Shown here piece by piece: positions 34,375 to 42,599 of a stretch of 44,421 nucleotides of DNA. A program made the translations under genes and the position numbers. Where the stretch lies: positions 1 through 44,421 of IMG/VR virus record IMGVR_UViG_3300032212_000031. The stretch is one strand, 5' to 3'. Position 1 is the stretch's first letter. Each line of letters begins with the position of its first letter. The stretch comes from a virus (Duplodnaviria > Caudoviricetes). A model generated the notes under the pieces. It was not told where the DNA came from, did not search any database, and worked only from the letters and a program-made list of their open reading frames with translations.

Positions 34375-35180
34375 TCACCACCATCCAAGTCAAAGCCAGT
34401 TTGGGTCGGTGCGACAGGCGGGGCAATAAACAGGTCAGGCTGGCGATAGGCTTCCTCGACACGGCGGCAAGCTATGTCGAAATAATCTGGGTCCAGTTCA
34501 ATGCCGATGCCCTTGCGGCCTAACTTGGCGCAGGCAACTAAGGTCGTGCCGCTGCCCATGAAGGGATCAAGCACCGTGTTTCCGTCCTTGCTATGAAGAT
34601 CCAGGAAGTGCCGAACCATATTGACCGGCTTTTCATTAGGATGTTGCCTGTCGCGTGGCGGCATTTCGCTATAAATGTTCCGCGCTGCGATATCCTCTTT
34701 AGCCCATAGGAGTTTTCCGCCCGCGCGATGGGCAATCATGACCATTTCGTGCTGCCGCCTGTAGCGCCAACCAAGACCGGGGTTTCGCTTGTCCCAAATC
34801 ACCGAATGAAAGAACGACAGCCCCGCGCTATCCATGCGGTCCGCAACATAAGCAAAAGTCGGGCGCGGTCCGCCGCCGCCGCAGCAGCAGCAGCAGCAGC
34901 AGAAGTCCTGCGGCATTACCCGAACCGCCTCAAGCAACATGCCATCCAGCACACGCCGAAACCCGTCAGGATCATCATTGGCAATGGGTTTGCTTTCCAG
35001 CCCCCGTTTGCCGTTTAGGTTTGCGTTCAGGTCGCCATCGTGGTTGCTGTGACCGTATGGCGGATCGGTCCAAATCATATCCACGCTGTCACTCGCAAGC
35101 GTGGCCATAACCTCAAGGCAGTCACCAAGATACAAGGTGCAATCGCCGATAACCTCTTTGCGCTTCCAAGGATCAGTCAT
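34371..35180 (-). CDS. N6-adenine/N4-cytosine DNA methyltransferase with Cys7-Gly4 tract
   Basis: TDPPY, HPNEKP and DPFMGSGTT motifs; start MTDPWKR with GGAGG RBS. Confidence 0.9.
   Translation of the reverse strand: MTDPWKRKEVIGDCTLYLGDCLEVMATLASDSVDMIWTDPPYGHSNHDGDLNANLNGKRGLESKPIANDDPDGFRRVLDGMLLEAVRVMPQDFCCCCCCCGGGGPRPTFAYVADRMDSAGLSFFHSVIWDKRNPGLGWRYRRQHEMVMIAHRAGGKLLWAKEDIAARNIYSEMPPRDRQHPNEKPVNMVRHFLDLHSKDGNTVLDPFMGSGTTLVACAKLGRKGIGIELDPDYFDIACRRVEEAYRQPDLFIAPPVAPTQTGFDLDGGE
34869..34901 (-). repeat. In-frame microsatellite (TGC)7(GGC)3GGA
   Basis: Read directly; encodes CCCCCCCGGGG. Confidence 0.95.
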
Positions 35181-35385
35181 TGCCAAACCTCCGAAACATG
35201 CGGCGCAGAACGTACGCGCGAGCGAATGACATGCCAAAGAACATCGCCGTGATGCCCGCAGATGCGCTGGCAGAAGGCGTGAGGCCCCACAACGGCAAAA
35301 TCCAGTAGGTCGCCGCCCAACTGACTACGAGGCCAACAGTGGCGTTTGTTACAGACTCTGCGGCATCAACCTTTGCAGACTTCAT
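35173..35385 (-). CDS. Small two-TM phage protein
   Basis: ES.TN..VG...S and S..R.Y.LRR.F pattern. Confidence 0.65.
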   Translation of the reverse strand: MKSAKVDAAESVTNATVGLVVSWAATYWILPLWGLTPSASASAGITAMFFGMSFARAYVLRRMFRRFGND

Positions 35386-35579
35386 GCGCGGCCCCACCAC
35401 TTGTCCAGTGTTCCGCTTTTCCGCAGTTCGTGGACGTGAGATCTAACGCGGCTTACGTTGCATTGAAGCCATATCGCTATATCCTCGACGCCGTATCCTT
35501 CCGCCAATCGCATGTTCACAAGGTCTCGCCATTCCTGTGAGTTGGCTGGAACCTTTGACGCTTGTGTGTATGGTATCAT
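35382..35579 (-). CDS. Small HTH protein
   Basis: GYGVEDIAIWL......VR..V..LR..G. Confidence 0.6.
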   Translation of the reverse strand: MIPYTQASKVPANSQEWRDLVNMRLAEGYGVEDIAIWLQCNVSRVRSHVHELRKSGTLDKWWGRA

Positions 35580-35929
35580 ACCCTGTCCTCCATCTCATTT
35601 TGCAATCGCTCCGCCACCCAAGATAACCAATCGGTGTCTTTGCCGTATTTCTCGCGCCAGAGTTTCGGCTCCGCGTGAAGCGCGATCTTGCTTGTGTCAA
35701 TCATGCCAAGATGATGACCTTCACACAGAGGCAGGGTCATGCTGTCGGGGGCGCGGGCCATGGAATGCCGCCCGTGGATGCAGTGATGCACCTGCGTCGG
35801 GCTGTATTGGGGCAACCACCATTCGTGGCAGATCACGCAGGGCATCGCCGCAACCGCCGCAAGACGGGCCTTGTCGCGGGCCTGTGGCGCTTCCTTGAGG
35901 CCCATGGGTGGCTTGCCTGACAGGTTCAT
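35576..35929 (-). CDS. Ref/DUF968-like HNH-type nuclease
   Basis: PCVIC, HH, LPLC..HH, H....W...YG motifs. Confidence 0.75.
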   Translation of the reverse strand: MNLSGKPPMGLKEAPQARDKARLAAVAAMPCVICHEWWLPQYSPTQVHHCIHGRHSMARAPDSMTLPLCEGHHLGMIDTSKIALHAEPKLWREKYGKDTDWLSWVAERLQNEMEDRV

Positions 35930-36384
35930 TGCGCGCCCTCGTATTTGCGCAGTTCTGGATCTGTCAGATAGACCCCGATTTCCTCGTAATCCCGCCGCAT
36001 CTGGTCCATGTATTCGGTCAACTGCTTAACCTTCATTCTGCGGGTGAACGGCACATCTAGAATCCTGATCGCCTTTAATTTGGCGGGCCGGTTCAAGGCG
36101 TCGAATATGTATCCAAATGCGCCTTCCCACTCGGGGTCATCCCGCGCCAGAATTGACCGCCCATATGTCAGGTTGCACTCAGCCTTTATTTCAGCCGCAT
36201 ACTGCCCAACCATCTGGCGTTCAATGTCTGCAAACCAACGGTGAACAAGGCGGTTCTGCGCTCTGGTCCGGTCACGCTCCTTCTCCCGAACTGTCACCAC
36301 GGCATCAACCGGCGCACACTCTATAATACGTGCTGCCAGTTGCCGTTGCGCAGGCCCGCGTAGAATTATGGTTTGACCTGTCAT
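35926..36384 (-). CDS. NinB/YbcN-like recombination protein
   Basis: V.V......RT..QN...H.W..DI and T..M...Q..EY motifs. Confidence 0.75.
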   Translation of the reverse strand: MTGQTIILRGPAQRQLAARIIECAPVDAVVTVREKERDRTRAQNRLVHRWFADIERQMVGQYAAEIKAECNLTYGRSILARDDPEWEGAFGYIFDALNRPAKLKAIRILDVPFTRRMKVKQLTEYMDQMRRDYEEIGVYLTDPELRKYEGAQ

Positions 36385-36608
36385 GTGACATCATCCATCT
36401 GCGGGGCCTGCATGGCAGGATCATCAATCAGCTTTGCCTTCAGGTATTCCTTCAAGTTCACAACCTGATGCCAGAGAGGCTTGTCACCGTCGCCCAAAGC
36501 GCGGATGGCGGGCAACTCCGCTATCCATACGCCATGCAGCTGCTGGATCGTCTTGCAACGCTTCATGCGCGCCGCGATCCGGTTTTTTTCGGCGGGCCAG
36601 TCCATCAA
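36381..36608 (-). CDS. Hypothetical protein
   Basis: AAGGAGG RBS; coupled to neighbours. Confidence 0.6.
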   Translation of the reverse strand: MMDWPAEKNRIAARMKRCKTIQQLHGVWIAELPAIRALGDGDKPLWHQVVNLKEYLKAKLIDDPAMQAPQMDDVT

Positions 36609-37306
36609 TAGGCCTCCTTGTCCTGCCAGACCTTTACACCATTGATGCTGGCGGCCTTGTGGTTGCGCCTGACGTATTCGTCTATGAATGCCGTCATGGC
36701 GTCCCGGTCATTGGCAGCAATCCAATGAAGCGCGGCGCGGTGATCTTCGATCTCGTATCGCGTGACTGTGCGAAGGCCCTTCACGGTGTCCTTGTTTGCG
36801 GCGCTGGCGGCTTTCTTCGCCTCCATAGCTTCATGCGCCTTCCGGTCGGCCTCGACCTGTGCCTCGTAGTTTGATGCGTCGGCATTCCGCGCCGCCTCTT
36901 CGGCTTCACGCTCCTTACGGCGGGCTTCCTCATAGGCGGCGCGCTTGGCGGCTTCCTTCTTTTCCGCAAGTTGCCGCTTGAACGGATCGACAACGGCGGC
37001 AAGCCCCTTGAGGCGGCGTTCAATGTCGTCCTCGGTCGGCTTCCAGCGCGCGATTTCCGATTTCCAGGCATCGTGAAGCGGGGCCGTGGCGGATTTCTTC
37101 GCCTTCGCCAGATCGGATTTTGCCGAGCGCATTTCCTTGATGATGGCATCAACGGCCTTCATCTGCGCTTCATCTTCAACCGGCGTTCCGTCCAGCCAGT
37201 TTTCGGCTTCCTCGATGGCATCCCCATACGGGGCAAGGGCTTCATCAATCGGGTCGGGCGGCGCGTTGTGGCCGATTTGTGCGGGTGCATTCATAGCTGT
37301 CTCCAT
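36605..37306 (-). CDS. Coiled-coil protein (Gam/Gp157-like partner of the annealing protein)
   Basis: IGHNAPP start, long coiled coil, I.GVKV end; adjacent to ERF. Confidence 0.6.
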   Translation of the reverse strand: METAMNAPAQIGHNAPPDPIDEALAPYGDAIEEAENWLDGTPVEDEAQMKAVDAIIKEMRSAKSDLAKAKKSATAPLHDAWKSEIARWKPTEDDIERRLKGLAAVVDPFKRQLAEKKEAAKRAAYEEARRKEREAEEAARNADASNYEAQVEADRKAHEAMEAKKAASAANKDTVKGLRTVTRYEIEDHRAALHWIAANDRDAMTAFIDEYVRRNHKAASINGVKVWQDKEAY

Positions 37307-38025
37307 CAGTAGGGAATTTCGTCGGCAAGATCTGAGTTGTCCGGGTGGGCGGGCTTCTCCAACGCGGCCTTGCGGTCATCCTTCGCCTTGATCACGTCAG
37401 CGACCGCCTGCACGGGCTTGGGAAGGTCCGACCAGATGGCGCGGAGCTGGTCGAGGCTGTCCGCATTGGACAAACTGTCCTTGGCGGTCTCGATAGCCTC
37501 AACCGGCGGCGCAGTGGGATGGACGCGCGGTGCATCCCTGTGAACGGTTCCCGCGTCTGTCGGTGCGTGGTCGGCATCGTCCTTGTCACCGGTCGGGATA
37601 AGTAGGATGCAACGCCAGAATTGCTTGAGAGCGTATGATTGCGCCGATCCATATGCTTGAGCGCCGTTGCGCAAGACCTCGACTGTCCGCGTGACCGGCG
37701 GCAAAGACTCGCCGGATGTGTGCATGAGAGTGATGTCGAATGATTGGCGCATCCATGCGTTGTCACCAAATTTCCCCTTCCGGGTGAAATCTTCGCGCTC
37801 CGCTTCCTGCATATGAACGACAAGGCCATTCTCAGCGCAGATCGGATTTACGAGGGCCAGAAAGTCGTCAATGCTGGCGAAGTTGTAACCATCGTGCTTG
37901 TTGCGGTCCCCTTTCGCCACCTTCTGGACTTGCCCCATTGCCGAGGCGATGGCGGATAATATCTTGGCTCCTGGCACGGGGCTGACCCCTTGCGCGTCGT
38001 GGTCGATTTTTGCTACGTTTGTCAT
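37306..38025 (-). CDS. erf: ERF-family single-strand annealing protein
   Basis: K...N....Y.FA..DD, H.SGE, Q.YGSA.SYA.K and IPTG..DD.D motifs; DEIPY tail. Confidence 0.85.
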   Translation of the reverse strand: MTNVAKIDHDAQGVSPVPGAKILSAIASAMGQVQKVAKGDRNKHDGYNFASIDDFLALVNPICAENGLVVHMQEAEREDFTRKGKFGDNAWMRQSFDITLMHTSGESLPPVTRTVEVLRNGAQAYGSAQSYALKQFWRCILLIPTGDKDDADHAPTDAGTVHRDAPRVHPTAPPVEAIETAKDSLSNADSLDQLRAIWSDLPKPVQAVADVIKAKDDRKAALEKPAHPDNSDLADEIPY

Positions 38026-38098
38026 GTCTGCGGTCCTCCATTGACCGTGGTTATGGCTGGTGTCGGTCGGTAGCCGCGCCAGCCCTGATTTTTGTTGA

Positions 38099-38893
38099 TC
38101 AGCCGGTGACGTAGATTGTCAGGTCCGATTTCAGATCGGTTTTCAGGCTATCGACGCAGCGGTCGAACGCCTCCCGCATCACGCGGTCCTTGTCGTGCAT
38201 ATCGACTTGGAAACGCAGCGCCCCGTCATCAATCCGATACCTGACCATGAACTTGATCTGTTGCGGCTCCATCCCGCGATAGATCGGCGCTTGGATGATG
38301 AAATGATCCGGCAACGTGACGCCGCCGCGCTGGTCGTTGTCCTCGACATACTGAAACTGGCGCGCGCCATCGTGCAGGCGATTGCTGCTCTTGAACGTCA
38401 CCTTTTTCGTGGCGTCGAACTTCATCACCATGTCCATCACGTCAGCCGCATCCGGCTTCACAACATCGACGGCGCGATCCTCAAGGAACAGCCCAAACTC
38501 CACCTGCGACATGCGCCGCCCGCAAATGCCGAGCCATGCCGCAGTCTGGTCTGCGATCTGGGCCGCAAAGCGGGCCTTGTGCGACTTGTGAGACGGCGTG
38601 TCCGGCGCATCGCCGTCGATGACTGCCGCAATAATCGCGCCCTCGTAGTCGGCGCAAACCATCGTGTTATCACTGGCGAACACATTGAGGTAATTGGCCA
38701 GCGAACTCACCGCGACGAACCGATGATCCGCAATGTGGCGGTCTGGTCGTTCTTGCCACTCCCCAAGGGCCGCGATGGAATACCCATCAGGGACCACCGC
38801 GAATTGGCCGGTTCCTGTTGGGTCGAAATTCGCTTGTGCTGCGGCCTGGGCCGCTGCCTTTTGCGCGGCCTCAAATTCGGTCATATCAGGCAT
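38099..38893 (-). CDS. DUF2303 (YfdQ-like) protein
   Basis: MSQ.EF..FLED, F.S..RL.DG..QF.Y, P.Y.G and RYRI motifs. Confidence 0.85.
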   Translation of the reverse strand: MPDMTEFEAAQKAAAQAAAQANFDPTGTGQFAVVPDGYSIAALGEWQERPDRHIADHRFVAVSSLANYLNVFASDNTMVCADYEGAIIAAVIDGDAPDTPSHKSHKARFAAQIADQTAAWLGICGRRMSQVEFGLFLEDRAVDVVKPDAADVMDMVMKFDATKKVTFKSSNRLHDGARQFQYVEDNDQRGGVTLPDHFIIQAPIYRGMEPQQIKFMVRYRIDDGALRFQVDMHDKDRVMREAFDRCVDSLKTDLKSDLTIYVTG

Positions 38894-39206
38894 CTTGATC
38901 TTCCCTCTTCATCAGGTTGAGCTGTTGCATTTCGGGGCTTTGCCGGGTCAGATCGCCATGCCGACCCATGAAGAAGAACGACTGCCCGAAGTCGATCATC
39001 GGAGCCTTTGCGGAGACCTTTGCCGATGCCGCGAAGCCCATTTCGCCGTTCGGGGCAATATCGAGCGTGACCGTGACGCTGCCCTTCTTGCCGGTGCGCT
39101 GGACCGCCGCGATAACATCGCGCAGTTGCTGGTCTGCGGTTTCGACAGGCAAGCCGCCGTCGATCCGCCCGATGGCCATGAGAAAATGGCTGTTACCGTC
39201 TGACAT
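38886..39206 (-). CDS. YfdP-like partner of DUF2303
   Basis: AV..TGK.G.VT.T..I.P and FF....G.L.R..P.Q motifs. Confidence 0.75.
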   Translation of the reverse strand: MSDGNSHFLMAIGRIDGGLPVETADQQLRDVIAAVQRTGKKGSVTVTLDIAPNGEMGFAASAKVSAKAPMIDFGQSFFFMGRHGDLTRQSPEMQQLNLMKREDQDA

Positions 39207-39298
39207 TTTTGCTATCCTCTAGTTGTTAGGTGATCCGAGCGGGCAGGCGTCCAAACCACGCGCGCTCGGGACTTCCCAAACGGAAGGCCGGAACGCGC

Positions 39299-39347
39299 GA
39301 AAAGCCCCGAGCGCCGAGACGCTCGGGTAGTTCGCAACAGGGAGGAC
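39299..39347 (-). terminator. Terminator after cro, preceded by CCTCCC (suhB/MmgR-like architecture)
   Basis: On - strand TCCTCCCTGTTGCGAACTA-CCCGAGCG-TCTCGG-CGCTCGGG-GCTTTTC. Confidence 0.55.
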
Positions 39348-39388
39348 CACGGCGTTACCCCGCGCCGCGCGGGGTTCTGTTGCTCGGG

Positions 39389-39616
39389 TCATGACTTTAC
39401 CTGGGGCCGATAAAGATCATCGGTCGTAAGCGCGATGCCCTTTTGATCAGCCAATTGGAACAACCCGTCCCAATGGCGCTGGGGTATTGTCCCGCCAGTG
39501 CCGCCCTTGTCGGTCGGGGCTTGCCACTTTGAAACACGGGTGCGATGAATGCCAATGAAAGCCGAAACTTCCTTTGGCCCTCCTAGCAGCTTGATTAATG
39601 TCGATGCAGGTTCCAT
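39389..39616 (-). CDS. Cro-like HTH regulator
   Basis: LI..LGG...V...IG.....VSKW.......G.IP..HW pattern; first gene of the - arm. Confidence 0.85.
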   Translation of the reverse strand: MEPASTLIKLLGGPKEVSAFIGIHRTRVSKWQAPTDKGGTGGTIPQRHWDGLFQLADQKGIALTTDDLYRPQVKS

Positions 39617-39622
39617 GCCCGC

Positions 39623-39651
39623 AATGTAGCCGCAAGCGCCACCGTTTGCAA
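39623..39651 (-). promoter_or_regulatory. pR-like promoter TTGCAA-17-TACATT; cro mRNA probably leaderless
   Basis: -10 ends 6 nt before the cro ATG; no SD. Confidence 0.65.
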
Positions 39652-39716
39652 GCGCGATTTCTGTGCGTAAAAACCACCGGCGCGTCGGAAAAGATTTTCA
39701 ATGTAGCGCTTTCCCC

Positions 39717-39745
39717 TTGCGTATGGTGGCGTGGTGCGCTACATT
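39717..39745 (+). promoter_or_regulatory. pL-like promoter TTGCGT-17-TACATT
   Basis: Same -10 and the same GGTGGCG spacer motif as the divergent promoter. Confidence 0.65.
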
Positions 39746-39802
39746 GATAATCAAGCAAACAGACACACCGGCCACACGGCCAGCGTTAAGAGGAGAAAGC
39801 AC

Positions 39803-40162
39803 ATGGCAAAATGGACCAAGGTTGAAAACAAAAGGGGAATCCGCAAGCGCGCCACACCGGCCACTTCCAAATTGCGCAGCAGGCCGAACGTCGCAGTGCT
39901 GATTCTGCCGCACCACATGGCAACCGGGTCGCGCGCCGACATCTACAGCGACGGAAACGGAAGCCTTGCGTTCTCGTTCGGTGAGACTGGCAAATACGCA
40001 GTCAGCAGTCTCTCTGGACGTGCAGCCACGCGCCGCATCAGCATTCCCACAAAATATTCCGCCGACATTCCCATTGGCACGACCGACGCAGTTCTTACCA
40101 GCGATGGCGATATGCTGGTTTTGGATATGTCTCAGTTCTCTGACAAAATATCCACCGAATAG
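39803..40162 (+). CDS. Hypothetical first early gene (basic N-terminus, beta-rich)
   Basis: AGGAG RBS before MAKWTK. Confidence 0.7.
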   Translation: MAKWTKVENKRGIRKRATPATSKLRSRPNVAVLILPHHMATGSRADIYSDGNGSLAFSFGETGKYAVSSLSGRAATRRISIPTKYSADIPIGTTDAVLTSDGDMLVLDMSQFSDKISTE

Positions 40163-40194
40163 CACAAACAGACACACCAGTTTGGGAGACGACG

Positions 40195-40386
40195 ATGACC
40201 GCATATCAGAAGATGCTGAAAGACCGCGCGCCCGACCTCGACGCGCTGCACATGGAAACGCTGGCCTATATGGTCGGGTCCACCCTCAACGGGATGCCCG
40301 CCGAGTTCTTCGATGAAATCGCTGCGCTGGCGAAAAGGGTGGGGCCTGCCCGCCTTGCAGAATTTCACCGCAGCGAAGTTGTGTGA
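40195..40386 (+). CDS. Hypothetical protein
   Basis: GGGAG RBS. Confidence 0.65.
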   Translation: MTAYQKMLKDRAPDLDALHMETLAYMVGSTLNGMPAEFFDEIAALAKRVGPARLAEFHRSEVV

Positions 40387-40437
40387 CCCCCGCCTAACCC
40401 ACGCGGGGCCATGGCCCCGAACCGAAAGGAGCCTGAC

Positions 40438-40701
40438 ATGAGCACCACCACGAACCTTCACCGCGTCACGTCCATTGAAGCCGTTGAACTCGGTAGAGCG
40501 TCCAGCCTCACGCTGACGGACGACAGTGGCAACAGATTGACCGTCTTCATGGACTACCACCGCGCCGCCGCGATTGCAGAGGCTTGGGAGGATTCCGACT
40601 GCGAGCCGGAAGCGCCCGACGCCGAGACCATCGCTGCCCGCGAGGAAAGCTACCGCCGCGCCATGAACGACGCGGGACGTGGGCATCTGGTGCGCTCATG
40701 A
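40438..40701 (+). CDS. Hypothetical protein (MSTTTNLH...)
   Basis: AAGGAG RBS; DAGRGHL C-terminus. Confidence 0.65.
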   Translation: MSTTTNLHRVTSIEAVELGRASSLTLTDDSGNRLTVFMDYHRAAAIAEAWEDSDCEPEAPDAETIAAREESYRRAMNDAGRGHLVRS

Positions 40702-40871
40702 CCCGCCGCATCATCATAGACGCAGAGGGGCGCGCCTTCGTGGCCCGCACGTTCGATCGCGACGACGCCGATATCATCCTGTCGTGCCCAGACGAATTGG
40801 GCGGCGCGCTTCCAAGCCACACAACCCCGATTCCCGAGAATTGGGAAGCCGATTGGAGGGCATCGAAATGA
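40698..40871 (+). CDS. Hypothetical protein (MTRRIIID...)
   Basis: ATGA coupling at both ends. Confidence 0.55.
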   Translation: MTRRIIIDAEGRAFVARTFDRDDADIILSCPDELGGALPSHTTPIPENWEADWRASK

Positions 40872-41224
40872 CCCGCGTATCCGGCAACGTCTATCTGGTC
40901 GGACTCTACTCCGACGAATGGGATATTGAGGACGCGCAAGTCATCGCAGAGGTCACGTCAGAGACCAGCGAGCGCGAGCCGTATTCCTACGGCTGGTCGC
41001 GCGGCGCAGAAACAACGCACACCGTTGAAATCGTCGCTGTGCGCTTTCCCGGCGGATGGGTAGCCTCGGGCCTCGCCTGCCAGCTTCTCGGCACAGACAC
41101 AATCGCCGCAGCAGAACGCCAGCTTGCCGAACAGGTCAGCGATGGCACTTACGAGAACGTCGATTACGTGCGCCGCGTTCCCTGCGTCACCGCCGCCCCG
41201 GACCAGTTGGAGAATGCAGCATGA
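40868..41224 (+). CDS. Hypothetical protein (MTRVSGNV...)
   Basis: GGAGG RBS, ATGA coupling. Confidence 0.6.
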   Translation: MTRVSGNVYLVGLYSDEWDIEDAQVIAEVTSETSEREPYSYGWSRGAETTHTVEIVAVRFPGGWVASGLACQLLGTDTIAAAERQLAEQVSDGTYENVDYVRRVPCVTAAPDQLENAA

Positions 41225-41919
41225 CGTTGCGTGTTCTGATCGCCTGCGAGACCAGCGGCATTGCCCGCCAGGCGTTCGCCGCCTTGGGCCATGACGTGTG
41301 GTCCTGCGATTTAGAGCCTGCCGAGGATGGATCGGACAGGCACCTCATCTGCGACGTGCGTGACGGTATCCTGAATGGGGAATGGGACTTGCTAATCGCG
41401 CACCCGCCCTGCACTCGCCTTTGCCGTTCCGGGCGGCGCTGGATGAGTGGGCCGCGTGGCGACAACCCGCCAGGATCGTTCACGCCTCCGAAGAAGCTGC
41501 CAAGGGGTCGCACATGGGATTGCATGAAAGCCGAATTTGAGCTTGGCGTTGACGTGTTCACTACCTGTTGGAGTGCGCCGATTGAGCGCGTCGCGGTCGA
41601 AAACCCCGAGATGAACGATCTGGCGCGCCACCGGATGCCCGCAGACCTGCCCGCACCGCAGATGGTGCAGCCGTTCTGGTTTGGCGAACCTGCTTACAAG
41701 AACACCGGCTGGTATCTGCGCGGGCTGCCGAAACTGGCCGCAACGGACGTGCTACCCGAACCCGAGCGGGGATCTGACGAATGGAAGCGATGGAACCGCG
41801 TTCACCGGATGCCACCGGGGCTGGATCGCACGCGACTGCGCAGCCGGTCATTTCCTGGAATGATGAACGCCGCCGCGCGCCAATGGTGCCGCGCCGCAAT
41901 GATGGAGACCGCCGCATGA
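41221..41919 (+). CDS. Phage-type C5 cytosine DNA methyltransferase-like protein
   Basis: RVLIACE.SG, SCD, HPPCT, ENP, QP.WFG and RS..FPG...A.A.QW motifs. Confidence 0.8.
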   Translation: MTLRVLIACETSGIARQAFAALGHDVWSCDLEPAEDGSDRHLICDVRDGILNGEWDLLIAHPPCTRLCRSGRRWMSGPRGDNPPGSFTPPKKLPRGRTWDCMKAEFELGVDVFTTCWSAPIERVAVENPEMNDLARHRMPADLPAPQMVQPFWFGEPAYKNTGWYLRGLPKLAATDVLPEPERGSDEWKRWNRVHRMPPGLDRTRLRSRSFPGMMNAAARQWCRAAMMETAA

Positions 41920-42032
41920 CCGACCTTTTCCGCATCCTGCGCCAGACGACCGCAGACGACATTCTCGGGGCGCTGTGCCTGTTCGCAATGGTCCCGATCC
42001 TGCTTTTTCTCGCCGCTGCTTTTGGAGGCTGA
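41916..42032 (+). CDS. 38-aa membrane peptide
   Basis: GGAG RBS; hydrophobic C-terminus. Confidence 0.5.
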   Translation: MTDLFRILRQTTADDILGALCLFAMVPILLFLAAAFGG

Positions 42033-42036
42033 CCCG

Positions 42037-42189
42037 ATGACTGACCGCCCTACACCCGACGCATTGCGCGAGGAATACCACGACCATTACCGCGACGAAT
42101 ACACATGGCTTCCCGCCGCTGCGCTGATTGCCGGGGGCTTCGCTTCGGGCCTGTTTCTCGGCGTTGCGGTGATCTGGCTGTTCGCCTGA
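42037..42189 (+). CDS. 50-aa single-TM protein (MTDRPTPD...), not in ORF track
   Basis: Manual translation; GGAGG RBS. Confidence 0.55.
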   Translation: MTDRPTPDALREEYHDHYRDEYTWLPAAALIAGGFASGLFLGVAVIWLFA

Positions 42190-42599
42190 TGACCTACCAG
42201 CCATGCCCCTGCGAGGCCCTGCGAACCGTCATCGAGGCGCGGGCTAAAGAAGAGAAAAGGAGAGAGAAGATGAAGGCGGATGATCTGAAATCTATTGCCA
42301 ATTCCGGCGCATACGGAAGCGGTCAGGAAGCGCGCGATCGGTTCAACGCGAAGGCTGATCGGCGCAATCATGTTCCGCCGCGCGACCACATGAACGAGCT
42401 TGTTGTCGCGAACACAATAGACGCGCTGGTCTGCTCATTCGGGAACGATTCCGAAGACGGTAAGGACTACAACATCAATTCGGATGGGTATGCCGCAATC
42501 CTCGACAGTTCGACAGCCGGAGAGGATGCCCGCGCCATTGCCGCCCTGTGGAACGCATACCGCGAGGGCGACCTGATCTGGAAGGACGCACCCCAATGA
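42189..42599 (+). CDS. Hypothetical protein (alternative start 42270)
   Basis: Coupled start; AGGAG before 42270. Confidence 0.55.
   Translation: MTYQPCPCEALRTVIEARAKEEKRREKMKADDLKSIANSGAYGSGQEARDRFNAKADRRNHVPPRDHMNELVVANTIDALVCSFGNDSEDGKDYNINSDGYAAILDSSTAGEDARAIAALWNAYREGDLIWKDAPQ

Noticed and set aside
34869-34901. ON/OFF phase variation of the methyltransferase
   Set aside because: The repeat unit is 3 nt, so slippage does not shift the frame
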